Below are positions 1 through 10,250 of a stretch of DNA of 64,000 nucleotides, in pieces; within the stretch, counting starts at the first letter, position 1; each line of letters opens with the position of its first letter. The notes under the pieces are model-generated. The model was not told where the DNA came from and did no database searches. It saw only the letters and a program-made list of their open reading frames with translations. Position numbers and translations under genes: made by a program. The DNA comes from Candidatus Poseidoniaceae archaeon (lineage in GTDB: Archaea > Thermoplasmatota > Poseidoniia > Poseidoniales > Poseidoniaceae): positions 159,964-223,963 of the forward strand of contig JAPKCS010000001.1 of the NCBI GenBank assembly GCA_028822845.1. The letters run 5' to 3'.

Positions 1-2
1 CT

Positions 3-527
3 GGTGGCGACACCAGAACACCTCTTGATCTTCGAAACCCAACATCGAGTGGTCCAGCCCGTCGTTGGGTGATTATTCGTGATTTGAAAACCGTTAATGG
101 TCCAAAGGTTGGCGAAAGCGGGAAGCGTCATCTAAAGGCACTGTTCAATGAAATCCAACTGGGTCTTTACGCCCGGGCTTGGGAACTTGCTCATCCAGGC
201 GATCGTGTCGTTGGCGTCGGCGTCATGGAAGTTGGTGAAGGTTCAACCCATTACGTTGAACTCGATCCAGAAATCGAACCTTACCTCGACGGACTTTCGC
301 TTGGTGAACGCACGCTGCTAAGCGCCAACCAGTTCCGATTTTCTGATGATGACTCCTATCAGAGCAACGGGTTCCGAGCATGGATGAATGAGCGGCTACA
401 GACTGCTCGTCGAGCCGTGGACACTGCAGCTTCAGGTCACATCCATCCTGTCCCAAGTTCCTCATGTTCCTTTTGTAATGTCAGGTCAATTTGCCCATCG
501 TCCGTCCTTGGAGGTGAGTCACGTTGA
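3..527 (+). CDS. AddB/Cas4-like PD-(D/E)XK nuclease subunit, C-terminal fragment (5' end outside window)
   Basis: The frame is open from base 3 to the window edge; the track ORF 69..527 simply begins at an internal GTG. RecB-family nuclease motifs VIIRDLKT and QLGLYARA. C-terminal C-x2-C-x5-C array (CSFCNVRSIC). The stop overlaps the next start (TTGA). Confidence 0.6.
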   Translation, partial: GGDTRTPLDLRNPTSSGPARRWVIIRDLKTVNGPKVGESGKRHLKALFNEIQLGLYARAWELAHPGDRVVGVGVMEVGEGSTHYVELDPEIEPYLDGLSLGERTLLSANQFRFSDDDSYQSNGFRAWMNERLQTARRAVDTAASGHIHPVPSSSCSFCNVRSICPSSVLGGESR

Positions 528-3500
528 GCAACAATCGAATCCCGTTCAACCGCAGTCAGCGCCTGGGCCTTGACATCGATCGGCACATCGCCCTCGATGC
601 TGGTGCAGGGACTGGGAAGACCACAGTGATGGCTGAGCGTTATGTTCAACACCTCATTTCACCCCTTCAACGCTCAACATTGGTGCTTCCAAACGGACCA
701 AGAGAGCCTTTGAGCGGGCATGGTTCGTTGCGCGCTCCTGCACGTGAGCGGACAGAACGCAAGGCATGGCAAGGCTTGCTTCCAAGCGAAGTTGTGGCGA
801 TTACATTCACCAGAAAGGCCGCATCCGAACTGAAGGCGCGAATCAGAGCGCGGGTCGCAGCGACCAGGAAATCACCGGTCCAGGGCGGCGATGATGCTGG
901 TATTTTTGATCCGAGAATCAGCTCGGATGCCGATGTAGAGATGCTCCTTTCATCGCTTGATGAAGCACCGATTTCAACCATTGACGCCTTCCTTTCCCAA
1001 TTGCTTGCCCCTCACTTGGATTTGGTTGCGGTCCATCCGAGCCGCGAGCAAATTGCCCAAGAACGAGCACCATTGTTGATTGAAGAAGCCCTGCATTCTG
1101 CATGGCGAATTCGAACGGTAAACGATGCCCAAGAAGCAGGTGTTTTGGGCTACGTCAATTCTTTTATCGAGGCCAGAAATCGGCTTGCTGTAGCGCTTGG
1201 TGGCCAAGAGCAAGCCTCAGTCGTGTTGTCGGGCATGCTCAACAAATCTCTCTTCGTAGAGGAATCAAAGCGAGCCATTGAAGCCCATTCGCTGCGTTTA
1301 GGGGCCCCATTTAGCCATGACACTCAGATCCCTGAACAGTTGTTTTTGGAGATGTTTTTACAACCGATTGCCGAGGACATCGATTCCTTTGCAGTGGAAC
1401 TCCATGCTCTTCTCAATGATTACATCGACCTGTATTTACCCCACGCCACATCCTACATCGATCCAGCACAGGCGACTGCTGGAGGACCAGAAACACGCTT
1501 CAATCATCTGCGTCATATGGCGCGCCATGCTTTCGACGAGGAACCCTTGCTCCGGATGCAATGGGTTTGGAACACGGCGATTGCAGCCGGAGGGAAAATC
1601 AAAACAGATGGAACCAAAACCACATTCTTCCCAAACGGGGCCCTCCCTCCAACCAGCACCAGTGGCTGGCATCCTGGTTTGCTCACAAAATCAAAGGCAA
1701 AAGGCGTGACGGGAAGTCAAAAAGATGCGATCAATGCGAGCGCAAAAGCCCTTGGAGAAACGATGTCCAATATGCTCAATTCTCAAACCGGTCGGCTCAT
1801 TTGCTTGATGGGGCGCAGCGCCACTTTGCTATCGCCAGCCATCGAATCCCCCTACATCCCTGAAGGAAGCACGTACAGCTTGACCGAACTTGAAGTTCAA
1901 CTTCCCGAAACGATGGGCGATGTTGGAAACATGAGGGTCGGTGCAGCACTCCAGTCTCAGATTCTTTTGGATCTGTTGAGGGTTCACGAGGCTTGCAAGG
2001 ATATTCTCGCCCAACTGAAGGCGCATGAAGGGGTGCATGATTTTGATGACATCCAAAACCTTGCAGCAGATTTACTGCTTGCTCGGTGCCCAGACATGGT
2101 TCGATTTGACTATCCCGTTGCTGTGGTTGAGGCTTTGGACGGTCTCGGCAACGAGCCTTGGAGCGATCATCATATTTCCAGAGCGCTCATACTTGCAGGA
2201 GATAACGAAGCATGTGCGATGGATTTGCAACGAAGGCACCACGTCCTCCAAACCATTCGTCGGCAATACCGCGCCTTCATCATCGATGAATATCAAGACA
2301 CCAACCCCGCCCACTTCCGTCTTTTAGCACGCTTGTGGGGTCACAGATCTTTACATCACGGTGAGCCAGAACGCCCGCTCGGTCCTTGGGATCCAACCGT
2401 TTGTATTGTCGGTGATATGAAGCAGAGTATCTACAGGTTCCGGCAGGCAGAGGTGTCCGTTATGAGGCGTGCAGTCGCCGCAATTATGGCTGCCAATGAA
2501 GATGAATTGTACGAAAGTCGCTGGCCGCCAGAGGTTCGCCGAGACGGCTATGGGCGGGACCCGCGACCACTTGGTGCGGGCGGTGAAACTTCAGCGTTCA
2601 TCACGGCTGATGCGTTAGTTCCAGGCGAAGTTGTTTCACAGGCATGGACTCATGTGAGCCTTGGAACCGATACTGGCGATTATGCTCCAGAATTTTCGGG
2701 TGGAGACAGGCAAATGTTCAGGCAGCATGGACTCATTGACCTCACCAGCAACTACAGGACCAAACCAAACCTCGTTCACACCATGAATGGCATTTTCAGG
2801 GACGTGTTTCATCCACGCCACCACCTTTTACCAGGCGAATGGCACGCTACAGCGCAAGACCTTGAGGCTGGCCGGCCGGCTGAAGACACCCCAGGTGTCC
2901 TTGAGTGGCTCATGCCGTTGAGCACGGAAGAAGGCGTAGTTTCCTCTGACCTTTCCGTGCCCGTTGATGTGTTTTCAAACAAGAAATCGAAGGACATACA
3001 CTTGGAACACGAACTGATTGCTGCCCGGCTTTCAGCGCTTCTTCAGGGACAAACCACCCAGGTGTGGAGCGCAGCAGACAAAGCGTTCCGGGATGTTGAG
3101 GGCCAAGATGCGGCAGTCGATCCCTCAGATGTCATGATCTTAGTGCACTCTCGAAAGCACGTTCCAGATCTGATTCGTCGTCTACAACAACGAGGTATTC
3201 CCGTGGTTGCGGACCGCCAAGGGAGTTTGCTTGGAAGACCAATCGTCCAGCCATTGATGGCTTTGCTCAATCTGATTGCCAACCCCGGTTCGCGGGCGGC
3301 TGTGCTCGGTATTGCTCGCTCACCGGTGCTCGGTTTTACCGATGGCCAAATCCAGACCATGATGGAGCAATCACCAGAGGGCGATTGGTGGAACCATCTG
3401 GAACACCATGCACCAAACCAAAGCATCGCTACTTTAGTGGCCCATTTAGGCCGCCTTGTTCGAAAAGGAGCGTTGTATGAAGTCGTCGATGCGGTGCTCG

Positions 3501-5518
3501 ATCATTCAGATTTGCTCGTTGCTTTCCCAGAGGATACAGATCGTCAAAACGCAGAGGCATGGTACAGTTTAGCGGCTTCGATTGGCAACGAACTTGGGCA
3601 TGAAGCAGCAGCGATCCATGAACGGATGTGTGAGCTACAACGCTTGGGCCAGAAAGGTCCCTCGGCAACCAATGTGCCAGCAGGTGGAGCCGTTCGAATC
3701 ATGACGGTGCACAACGCCAAAGGGTTGGAAGCCGATGTTGTGTTTGTTGCTGGCTTGTTCAAAGCAGGAGCCTCAGATACACAACTGAACACCAAAGAAA
3801 ACGTGCTTGTGACGCCCCAAATTATCGCTGGGCGAATCAATCCATGGCGTTCCCTCACCAGGCCTCAAGATGGATTATGGGAGTTCACCCTTCAACTGGA
3901 CCAAGCTCAGACTCAAGCAGAACGCCGTCGTTCGTTCTATGTGGCGCTCACCCGAGCCCGGGACCGTCTGATTCTTGTCGGTGCACATAAGAACGCATCA
4001 ACCATCAATCCAGCGTCAGGTGAACTCGAAGTTGATTCCAAAGCATCAAGGAAAACCATGGGCGGTATGTGGATCGAAGGGCTCAGGAGCCTTGCGCATG
4101 AAGGACAAATCGCAGATTCACCATGGTTGTTGACTGACGATTTATCACACCAAACCCTGACTCCCTATGACAAAACGACCCTCTGTCTCGATCCTTTCTC
4201 CCTCTCTCAGAACGCTCAATTGGGTGAAGAAGCCATCCAATCGGTTCGAATTTATCATCATCCAGACTGTTTTGAAGCAGGTCAAAAAAGCACGCCTTTG
4301 GAAGATTGGCGGCTCTTGGAACAACGGATCGAGGACCTCCCCGTCGAGCCCCAACCCCAGAGCCCACCGCTCATGGTCAAGGAATCCGTTCGCATGACTG
4401 CTCACGGACTGGACACCAGCAACCTCTGCCATCGCCGCCACTGGTTGTCCGAAGTCAAAGGGTGGATGCCTGAAAAACTCAACTTGATTGGAGCGAAGAA
4501 CGAATCGAGGGGAACGTCGAGGCAGTATCCACTGGCAACTGTGTTTGGGACCATGATGCACCGTTTGGTGGAACTTGGTCTGGCCAACCCTTCACCCCGT
4601 GCAGCGCCTCATTCAGTCACCCTTCCTGCTGCCTGGCAGTTCGAGGGGAAAGACGGGCTCGATGACAAGGCTATGATCGATGTTGTTCTCGCGGAAGAGG
4701 GGTACATTCGGGGCACAAAAGATGCTTCAAATCATGTCGCCAAACGAGCAGGTGAACGTTTAGCCGAACTTGGTTCGCTGGTTCGAAATGGCTTGCTTGG
4801 AAAATTAGCAGCGGGAGAAACTCATTTCGGCCTTACAGTCGAGGGTCTGCGGACAGAATTGCCCTTCTACTATTCTCACAGTGTTGGCGTTGATGGTTTG
4901 AAGCGAACCACGTTCGATGTCGTCGAACCGAGCAACCATGCCACCATCGAAGACCTGACCTTGATTTTCGACGGGCGGGCAGACTTGGTGCTCGCCCTTC
5001 GCAATGAGGCCAACCAAGGTTTCCTCCAGATTGTCGATCTCAAAACCAAGGGATGCCGTGATGGATTTAATGCCACCAATCCGTCAAAGGGAACAGCGCT
5101 TCAACATTACAAGGATGACCTGCTCAATCCAAAACCATCCACCGATGCAGAACGTGCTCTTCTGGAGGAACACCGCCTTCAACTGACGCTGTATTCCATG
5201 GCGCTCGAGGCCATTGAAAAGAGCAAACCTGCTAAAGAACAACGAACGATTCTTCCTCCTGCTTTGCTCGTTGGGGCATCGGGCCGAATGATACAGTTGT
5301 CACCCGAAGCATTTGTCAAAGCCCGAAAAGACCTCGAAGATCAACTCGAGTGGATCGGCCATCTTGCCGTGGTTCCTGAAACGCTGGATGAGCCAGAGCG
5401 TCTTGATCCTGAAACATCCGAACCTTGCCAAACATGTCCGTTCTACACTGGCGATGTCCGGCTGTGTGGCCCAGCAGGCAGCCCACTCGGACTCGGTCCT
5501 TTTGATGCTGAAGTTTAG
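524..5518 (+). CDS. UvrD/AddA-like SF1 helicase fused to a C-terminal PD-(D/E)XK nuclease (1664 aa)
   Basis: Walker A GAGTGKT. Motif II IIDEYQDTN, motif III GDMKQSIYRFRQA, then NYRT, VHNAKGLEADVVFV and YVALTRARDRLILVG. C-terminal nuclease motifs GRADLV...LQIVDLKT and LQLTLYSMA. Terminal cysteines CQTC-x9-C. TTG start overlaps the upstream stop. Confidence 0.85.
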   Translation: MSNNRIPFNRSQRLGLDIDRHIALDAGAGTGKTTVMAERYVQHLISPLQRSTLVLPNGPREPLSGHGSLRAPARERTERKAWQGLLPSEVVAITFTRKAASELKARIRARVAATRKSPVQGGDDAGIFDPRISSDADVEMLLSSLDEAPISTIDAFLSQLLAPHLDLVAVHPSREQIAQERAPLLIEEALHSAWRIRTVNDAQEAGVLGYVNSFIEARNRLAVALGGQEQASVVLSGMLNKSLFVEESKRAIEAHSLRLGAPFSHDTQIPEQLFLEMFLQPIAEDIDSFAVELHALLNDYIDLYLPHATSYIDPAQATAGGPETRFNHLRHMARHAFDEEPLLRMQWVWNTAIAAGGKIKTDGTKTTFFPNGALPPTSTSGWHPGLLTKSKAKGVTGSQKDAINASAKALGETMSNMLNSQTGRLICLMGRSATLLSPAIESPYIPEGSTYSLTELEVQLPETMGDVGNMRVGAALQSQILLDLLRVHEACKDILAQLKAHEGVHDFDDIQNLAADLLLARCPDMVRFDYPVAVVEALDGLGNEPWSDHHISRALILAGDNEACAMDLQRRHHVLQTIRRQYRAFIIDEYQDTNPAHFRLLARLWGHRSLHHGEPERPLGPWDPTVCIVGDMKQSIYRFRQAEVSVMRRAVAAIMAANEDELYESRWPPEVRRDGYGRDPRPLGAGGETSAFITADALVPGEVVSQAWTHVSLGTDTGDYAPEFSGGDRQMFRQHGLIDLTSNYRTKPNLVHTMNGIFRDVFHPRHHLLPGEWHATAQDLEAGRPAEDTPGVLEWLMPLSTEEGVVSSDLSVPVDVFSNKKSKDIHLEHELIAARLSALLQGQTTQVWSAADKAFRDVEGQDAAVDPSDVMILVHSRKHVPDLIRRLQQRGIPVVADRQGSLLGRPIVQPLMALLNLIANPGSRAAVLGIARSPVLGFTDGQIQTMMEQSPEGDWWNHLEHHAPNQSIATLVAHLGRLVRKGALYEVVDAVLDHSDLLVAFPEDTDRQNAEAWYSLAASIGNELGHEAAAIHERMCELQRLGQKGPSATNVPAGGAVRIMTVHNAKGLEADVVFVAGLFKAGASDTQLNTKENVLVTPQIIAGRINPWRSLTRPQDGLWEFTLQLDQAQTQAERRRSFYVALTRARDRLILVGAHKNASTINPASGELEVDSKASRKTMGGMWIEGLRSLAHEGQIADSPWLLTDDLSHQTLTPYDKTTLCLDPFSLSQNAQLGEEAIQSVRIYHHPDCFEAGQKSTPLEDWRLLEQRIEDLPVEPQPQSPPLMVKESVRMTAHGLDTSNLCHRRHWLSEVKGWMPEKLNLIGAKNESRGTSRQYPLATVFGTMMHRLVELGLANPSPRAAPHSVTLPAAWQFEGKDGLDDKAMIDVVLAEEGYIRGTKDASNHVAKRAGERLAELGSLVRNGLLGKLAAGETHFGLTVEGLRTELPFYYSHSVGVDGLKRTTFDVVEPSNHATIEDLTLIFDGRADLVLALRNEANQGFLQIVDLKTKGCRDGFNATNPSKGTALQHYKDDLLNPKPSTDAERALLEEHRLQLTLYSMALEAIEKSKPAKEQRTILPPALLVGASGRMIQLSPEAFVKARKDLEDQLEWIGHLAVVPETLDEPERLDPETSEPCQTCPFYTGDVRLCGPAGSPLGLGPFDAEV

Positions 5519-6135
5519 TTGGCCAGTTTCTTGCCCATCATGACGAGCGTGCCGACAAAATCATCGGTTGCTGCGACTCGGTGCATCTCGACATCAACAA
5601 ACCCAGCATCGGTCATGGCCTGTTCCCATTGTGCTTGACTCAACAACGTCATGTGCACGTTCAAAGCCGAAGGCCATCCATGACTGTCATCGTTTTCGAG
5701 GTAGTGGTCCACTCCGGCCACCAACACTCCACCATCGCTCAACCAACCGTCATGCAGTGCTTTGAGCATCGAGGCGGGGTCGTGGAGGTAGTAGAGGAAT
5801 TCCATTGAGTGGAGCAAATCAAAACGCTCATTCGGTTGCCATTCAGGTAAGAGTGCGAGATGAAACTCTCCGTCGCCAAGGCTGCGTGCCTTTTCGATCA
5901 TTGCCTGTGACCCATCGACACCAACCGCATGCGTGCATCCGTCGGTTGCTTCGATTGCTCTGCAGACCCATCCGTTTCCACACCCGACATCAATGGCAGA
6001 AAATGGCTTTCCAACCTTTGGCAGAGCTAAGTTCAGCATCGCAGTGACAGAGGCGGCATGGCCTCGCTCCATGCCTTCGTCCTTGTTCTTGTTCGCCCAT
6101 TCTGAAAACAGATCAGTAGCCGCTCGGGTGGTCAT
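5515..6135 (-). CDS. Class I SAM-dependent methyltransferase
   Basis: SAM-binding motif IDVGCGNGW followed by AVGVDGS. Track ORF (to 6234) trimmed to the ATG at 6135, because the extra 33 codons overlap the divergent pip start and look non-coding. Convergent 4-nt overlap with the helicase stop. Confidence 0.75.
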   Translation of the reverse strand: MTTRAATDLFSEWANKNKDEGMERGHAASVTAMLNLALPKVGKPFSAIDVGCGNGWVCRAIEATDGCTHAVGVDGSQAMIEKARSLGDGEFHLALLPEWQPNERFDLLHSMEFLYYLHDPASMLKALHDGWLSDGGVLVAGVDHYLENDDSHGWPSALNVHMTLLSQAQWEQAMTDAGFVDVEMHRVAATDDFVGTLVMMGKKLAN

Positions 6136-6187
6136 GCACCGTGGCTTACCCCCCGTTCCATGAAGATGCCTCTCAAACGAAAGGCAC

Positions 6188-7180
6188 ATGGTTGGTCGTT
6201 CCGTGGCCGAAACCATGCTGGACACAACCGCCACACTCGAAGACGTGCTCTACCCACCGATTGAGGCCTATGATGCTGGAACGCTTCAAGTGACAGATCT
6301 TCATACAATCGCCTGGGAGAAAACAGGAAACCCGGTAGGAATTCCAGTCGTTGTGATCCACGGCGGGCCCGGCGGCGGCGGACAACCAACCTACCGGCAA
6401 TACTTCGATCCAGAGCAATTTCACATCATCCAATTCGATCAACGAGGCTGTGGAAAATCCACGCCGCACGCTGAATTGAGGGACAACACAACTCAGGCCA
6501 TGGTCGCAGACATTGAAGCGCTCCGGGTGTCTTTTGGCATTGAGGAATGGCATGTCTTTGGAGGTTCATGGGGTTCGACGCTTTCCCTCATTTATGCCCA
6601 GACATATCCTGAACGGGTCATCAGTCTCGTTCTACGTGGCATATTCATGTGCAGAAAGAGTGAATTGAAATGGTTCTACCAAGACGGGGCCAGCCACATA
6701 TTCCCCGATGCATTTGAGCCCTACAGAGAGCACATCCCAGAAGAAGAACGCTCAGATCTGATTCAAGCCTATCACACCCGCCTCACCAGTGAAGATGGCG
6801 AAGTTCGCCGTGCTGCTGCAAAGGAATGGACCCGATGGGAGATGGCTACGAGCAGGTTGTTCCCTGACCCATCCTACCTCGAAAAAGCAGATGATTTGGA
6901 TTTCGCAGTTGCCTTTGCACGCATTGAATGCCATTATTTCATCAACGCAATCTTTGTTGAAGAAGCACACATCCTCAACCACGCATCCATCATTGAACAC
7001 ATCCCTACAGTGATTGTACAAGGCCGGTATGATGTGGTTTGCCCTGCGCGGAGTGCCTGGGAATTGCACAAAGCCTTGCCAAACAGCCGCTTGGTTATGG
7101 TGCCCGATGCCGGACACTCAATGGGTGAAGTAAGCATTGCTCGCGAACTCGTTTCTGCAACAAACGCCCTCTGCGAATGA
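6188..7180 (+). CDS. pip: Proline iminopeptidase (prolyl aminopeptidase, alpha/beta hydrolase)
   Basis: VVIHGGPGGGG motif, nucleophile elbow GGSWGSTL, C-terminal PDAGHS. The N-terminus LYPPIEAYDAGTLQV is typical of Pip. Alternative start ATG 6215. Confidence 0.9.
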   Translation: MVGRSVAETMLDTTATLEDVLYPPIEAYDAGTLQVTDLHTIAWEKTGNPVGIPVVVIHGGPGGGGQPTYRQYFDPEQFHIIQFDQRGCGKSTPHAELRDNTTQAMVADIEALRVSFGIEEWHVFGGSWGSTLSLIYAQTYPERVISLVLRGIFMCRKSELKWFYQDGASHIFPDAFEPYREHIPEEERSDLIQAYHTRLTSEDGEVRRAAAKEWTRWEMATSRLFPDPSYLEKADDLDFAVAFARIECHYFINAIFVEEAHILNHASIIEHIPTVIVQGRYDVVCPARSAWELHKALPNSRLVMVPDAGHSMGEVSIARELVSATNALCE

Positions 7181-7245
7181 CCGACGCTCGCGTTCAAGGC
7201 CATTTACGGGGTCGTTTAGGCGTCGGCTTGATAGGGTGGAGTTAG

Positions 7246-8070
7246 GTGGACTCGCATGGAGGCTTGCCTCCCGGTGAAACCATGACAGAAGAAGGGACCG
7301 TCACGCCAGAGATTCGAATCCAGCAACTTGAGGAACAACTCTCGACTGAGACGGACCGTCTTCAGAAGTTGTTTGCAGCGTATGAAGCTGTAGAAAAGGA
7401 CCTTTTTGATTCACGAACTGAAAATGAAGTCCTCGAAAAGGAAATCATTGAACGTGAAATCGAAAAAGAAACCCAAGAAGCGCTCCTCAATGAGCGTGAA
7501 ATCCGGGTTCGAGAACTTGAACTTCGTGCAGTGAAGGCAGGAAAGCAGGTCGAACACCTCAAGCCAGAACTCGAAAAGATGGAAGAGAAATATTCCCGTG
7601 AAAAAGATCGCCTCGGTAAGGTGTTCGGAATTGCAGAAGAACTCGATAACGATCTCCGCCTCGCCGTTTCAGAAATGAAGGCTCGTGACGACTGGTACGT
7701 CGGCCACATGCAAATCTTCGAAGACCTCAACAAGGCCATCAAGGAACGCTATGAGATGATTGAGCGAGCTGTTGAAGCCGAGCGCAAATCACAGCACATG
7801 TCCCGTGCGTTCACTGAGCGAATGGACGACATGGTCGATGCACGAGCAGCCGACATGACCATCGAAAAAGCAGAACAAATCTCCACTGAAACCGATTCAG
7901 CCACCGTTGAAGTCGTTGGCGAGGAAGAAGTCGAAGAACCTCTTGACGAGGCCACTCCGGACACCAGCGAAGAAGCACCAGCAGAGGAACCATCCAAAGC
8001 CACCGACGTGGAAGCCAAAGCGGCATCTCCTGAAGGTTGGTCCGACGGTGACGACCCCTGGGCAGAGTGA
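7246..8070 (+). CDS. Coiled-coil protein with acidic C-terminal tail (function unknown)
   Basis: 274-aa ORF rich in E/K/R/L heptad-like sequence (EEQLSTETDRLQKLFAAYEAVEKDLF...). Acidic tail ending GWSDGDDPWAE. GTG start, alternative ATG 7282. It lies 9 nt upstream of psd. Confidence 0.7.
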   Translation: MDSHGGLPPGETMTEEGTVTPEIRIQQLEEQLSTETDRLQKLFAAYEAVEKDLFDSRTENEVLEKEIIEREIEKETQEALLNEREIRVRELELRAVKAGKQVEHLKPELEKMEEKYSREKDRLGKVFGIAEELDNDLRLAVSEMKARDDWYVGHMQIFEDLNKAIKERYEMIERAVEAERKSQHMSRAFTERMDDMVDARAADMTIEKAEQISTETDSATVEVVGEEEVEEPLDEATPDTSEEAPAEEPSKATDVEAKAASPEGWSDGDDPWAE

Positions 8071-8079
8071 GGCTTTCCA

Positions 8080-8928
8080 ATGACTGGGCTGGCCCATGGC
8101 GGCCATGCGCCGGTGCTCATCACGTTCATGATGGGCGTGAGTTCCATCATCGTTGGTTCACTCATTGATCCGTTGAGTGGGTTGATCCCCCTTTTCGGCA
8201 TCCTGTGCCTGATGGCATCGGCCTTTTTCGTCAACTTTTGGCGCGATCCAGACCGTCCAATTCCAAAAGCATCCGGAATCTTAGTTTCTCCAGCCGACGG
8301 GCATGTCATGTTCATTCGTCGGGAGCGGGCCACAGGACGCCGTCCTTCGAAAACGGAACAGGAATCTGGCCTCATAGAAAGCGATGCACTGAGTGGGGAT
8401 TGGACCCCCGGCCCATGCAAGAACCCCCTCTCCTTCTCCACCGAACAACGGTTCGAAGCAGTGGCCTCGGGCGATGAAGATCCCAACGATGTGGTTCGAA
8501 TTGCCGTGTTTATGTCACCGCTCGACGTACACGTCAACCGTGCTCCAATGGCTTCAACCATTGAACACATGGAGCATCGGACTGGAAAGGGTTTGAAGCG
8601 CGGACCATTTCTCGCTGCTTACAAAAAAGAAAGCGAATACAATGAACGGGTGCGAACCGTGTTCCTGAACGACGATGGCGTTCGAATCGAAGTGACTCAG
8701 ATTTCAGGGGCCCTCGCTCGCACAATCATACCTTGGCAAGGCATCGGAGACGAAATGAGACGCGGCCAAAGGTACGGAATGATTCGCCTCGGCTCTCGTG
8801 TCGATGTACGGGTTCCTGCTCAGGCGTTCACATCCTCATTGATCTCAGCCGAGATGAACGATTCACAGCATCCAAAGGGCCAGTTTGTCCAAGCAGGGTC
8901 TTCAATTTTGTTTCACCCGAAGGCTTGA
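8080..8928 (+). CDS. psd: Phosphatidylserine (archaetidylserine) decarboxylase proenzyme
   Basis: FMSPLDVHVNRAP motif and the LGSRVDV self-cleavage (G-S) motif. N-terminal hydrophobic helices. It carries an extra hydrophilic insertion (RRERATGRRPSKTEQESG...). Confidence 0.8.
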   Translation: MTGLAHGGHAPVLITFMMGVSSIIVGSLIDPLSGLIPLFGILCLMASAFFVNFWRDPDRPIPKASGILVSPADGHVMFIRRERATGRRPSKTEQESGLIESDALSGDWTPGPCKNPLSFSTEQRFEAVASGDEDPNDVVRIAVFMSPLDVHVNRAPMASTIEHMEHRTGKGLKRGPFLAAYKKESEYNERVRTVFLNDDGVRIEVTQISGALARTIIPWQGIGDEMRRGQRYGMIRLGSRVDVRVPAQAFTSSLISAEMNDSQHPKGQFVQAGSSILFHPKA

Positions 8929-8985
8929 GCCGCGTCGGTGGATTGAAACACACTTGACCAGCCAGTTGAATCAAGGGGGACTTCG

Positions 8986-10152
8986 ATGTCGAATCACAAA
9001 TCACTCACATTGGTCGGCGAAGGCAACAAAGGCGCTCGCATTCACGACCTGGTCAAAGCCCCTGCCAACACGCCCTGGGCAAAGGCCAGACAACAGTCCT
9101 GGGATGCCAATGAACCTGCCACTGTGTACTTCACTCCAGAAACGCTTGCAGATGGCACACCAACCAGCGCAGTAACCGTCATTTTGCGCACCAAGGGTTG
9201 CCATTGGTGGTGGTCGAGCGGCTGTACTTTTTGCGGTTATTTCAACGACACACGGGACGATGTAACCAACGAAGATTTGCACGCTCAATGGGCTTATGCA
9301 AAAAACAAATTTGATGATTTTAAGGACCATGGCATGGTCAAGGTCTACACCAGTGGCTCACTGCTCGAAGACCGAGAGATCCCCGTCCCATTCCAAGAAA
9401 CCGTGCTTCGTGATTGCCAAGAACTCGGCAAGGAGCTGATCGTTGAATCTCGCTGTGAGCAACTAACGGAAGAGAAGCTCGAATGGGCAACTTCGATCAA
9501 CACCAGTTTTGCTGTTGCAATTGGCCTCGAGGCGTATGATGATGAGGTGCTGAGGTTCCACGTCAACAAAGGATTCACCACCAAATCGTGGGACCGTGCG
9601 GTGACAAACCTCCAAAAATACAAGATTCGTGTGAAGACATACCTGATGTTCAAACCTCCATTCATGAACGAAGCAGATGCGTTGTTGCACGGCGTTAAGT
9701 GGATTGAAGCCGTTGCAGACCGAAGCGATGAGATTTCAGTGAATCCAATGAACATTCAACGAGGGACAATCATCGACCGATTGCACAGGCACAACGAGTA
9801 TCGGCCACCTTGGTTGTGGTCACTTGTTGAAATGATCACCAGAGCTCACCCAACCATTCATCCTCAAGGGACTGGAAACGGAGGCGCCGGCCAAGTGAGT
9901 CGGCTCATCGTCCACCCAACAGCAGGCGGAAGGGTTCGCGGTGCACACAATTGTGGTGCTTGCGACTCACATGTTGTTGCTGCAATCGAACGCTATGCAG
10001 TTTCAGGCGATATTCAAGAGTTTGATGGACTTGCGTGTGATTGTCAAAAAGCATGGGCTGAAGAAGTCGCTCTGGAACACGCATTGCCGACACCATTGGG
10101 CATTTCTAAACCCCGCCGAGGCAACCTATTGAACGCTCTCCGGGCGCCTTGA
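8986..10152 (+). CDS. Radical SAM protein, TIGR01210/RaSEA-like (possible archaeosine biosynthesis)
   Basis: ILRTKGCHWWWSSGCTFCGYFNDT cysteine triad (C-x7-C-x2-C) in a context I recall from the archaeal TIGR01210 family. TIM-barrel-sized 388-aa ORF. The specific function is inferred, not demonstrated. Confidence 0.6.
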   Translation: MSNHKSLTLVGEGNKGARIHDLVKAPANTPWAKARQQSWDANEPATVYFTPETLADGTPTSAVTVILRTKGCHWWWSSGCTFCGYFNDTRDDVTNEDLHAQWAYAKNKFDDFKDHGMVKVYTSGSLLEDREIPVPFQETVLRDCQELGKELIVESRCEQLTEEKLEWATSINTSFAVAIGLEAYDDEVLRFHVNKGFTTKSWDRAVTNLQKYKIRVKTYLMFKPPFMNEADALLHGVKWIEAVADRSDEISVNPMNIQRGTIIDRLHRHNEYRPPWLWSLVEMITRAHPTIHPQGTGNGGAGQVSRLIVHPTAGGRVRGAHNCGACDSHVVAAIERYAVSGDIQEFDGLACDCQKAWAEEVALEHALPTPLGISKPRRGNLLNALRAP

Positions 10153-10250
10153 TTGGTTCCCAGTAATCCCTCGTATCCCTCTTTGCGGGGTGTGAATCTT
10201 TATGACTGCTGTACGAGTGGGCGGAATGTCCCCTTTGGGGTCGTGTTCGG

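Noticed and set aside
7749-8570. 273-aa ORF on the minus strand spanning the end of the coiled-coil gene and the start of psd
   Set aside because: It is a Ser/Ala/Thr-rich low-complexity translation, the mirror image of GAN/acidic codons on the plus strand. Both overlapped plus-strand genes have clear family or structural signatures. I treat it as a spurious antisense ORF.
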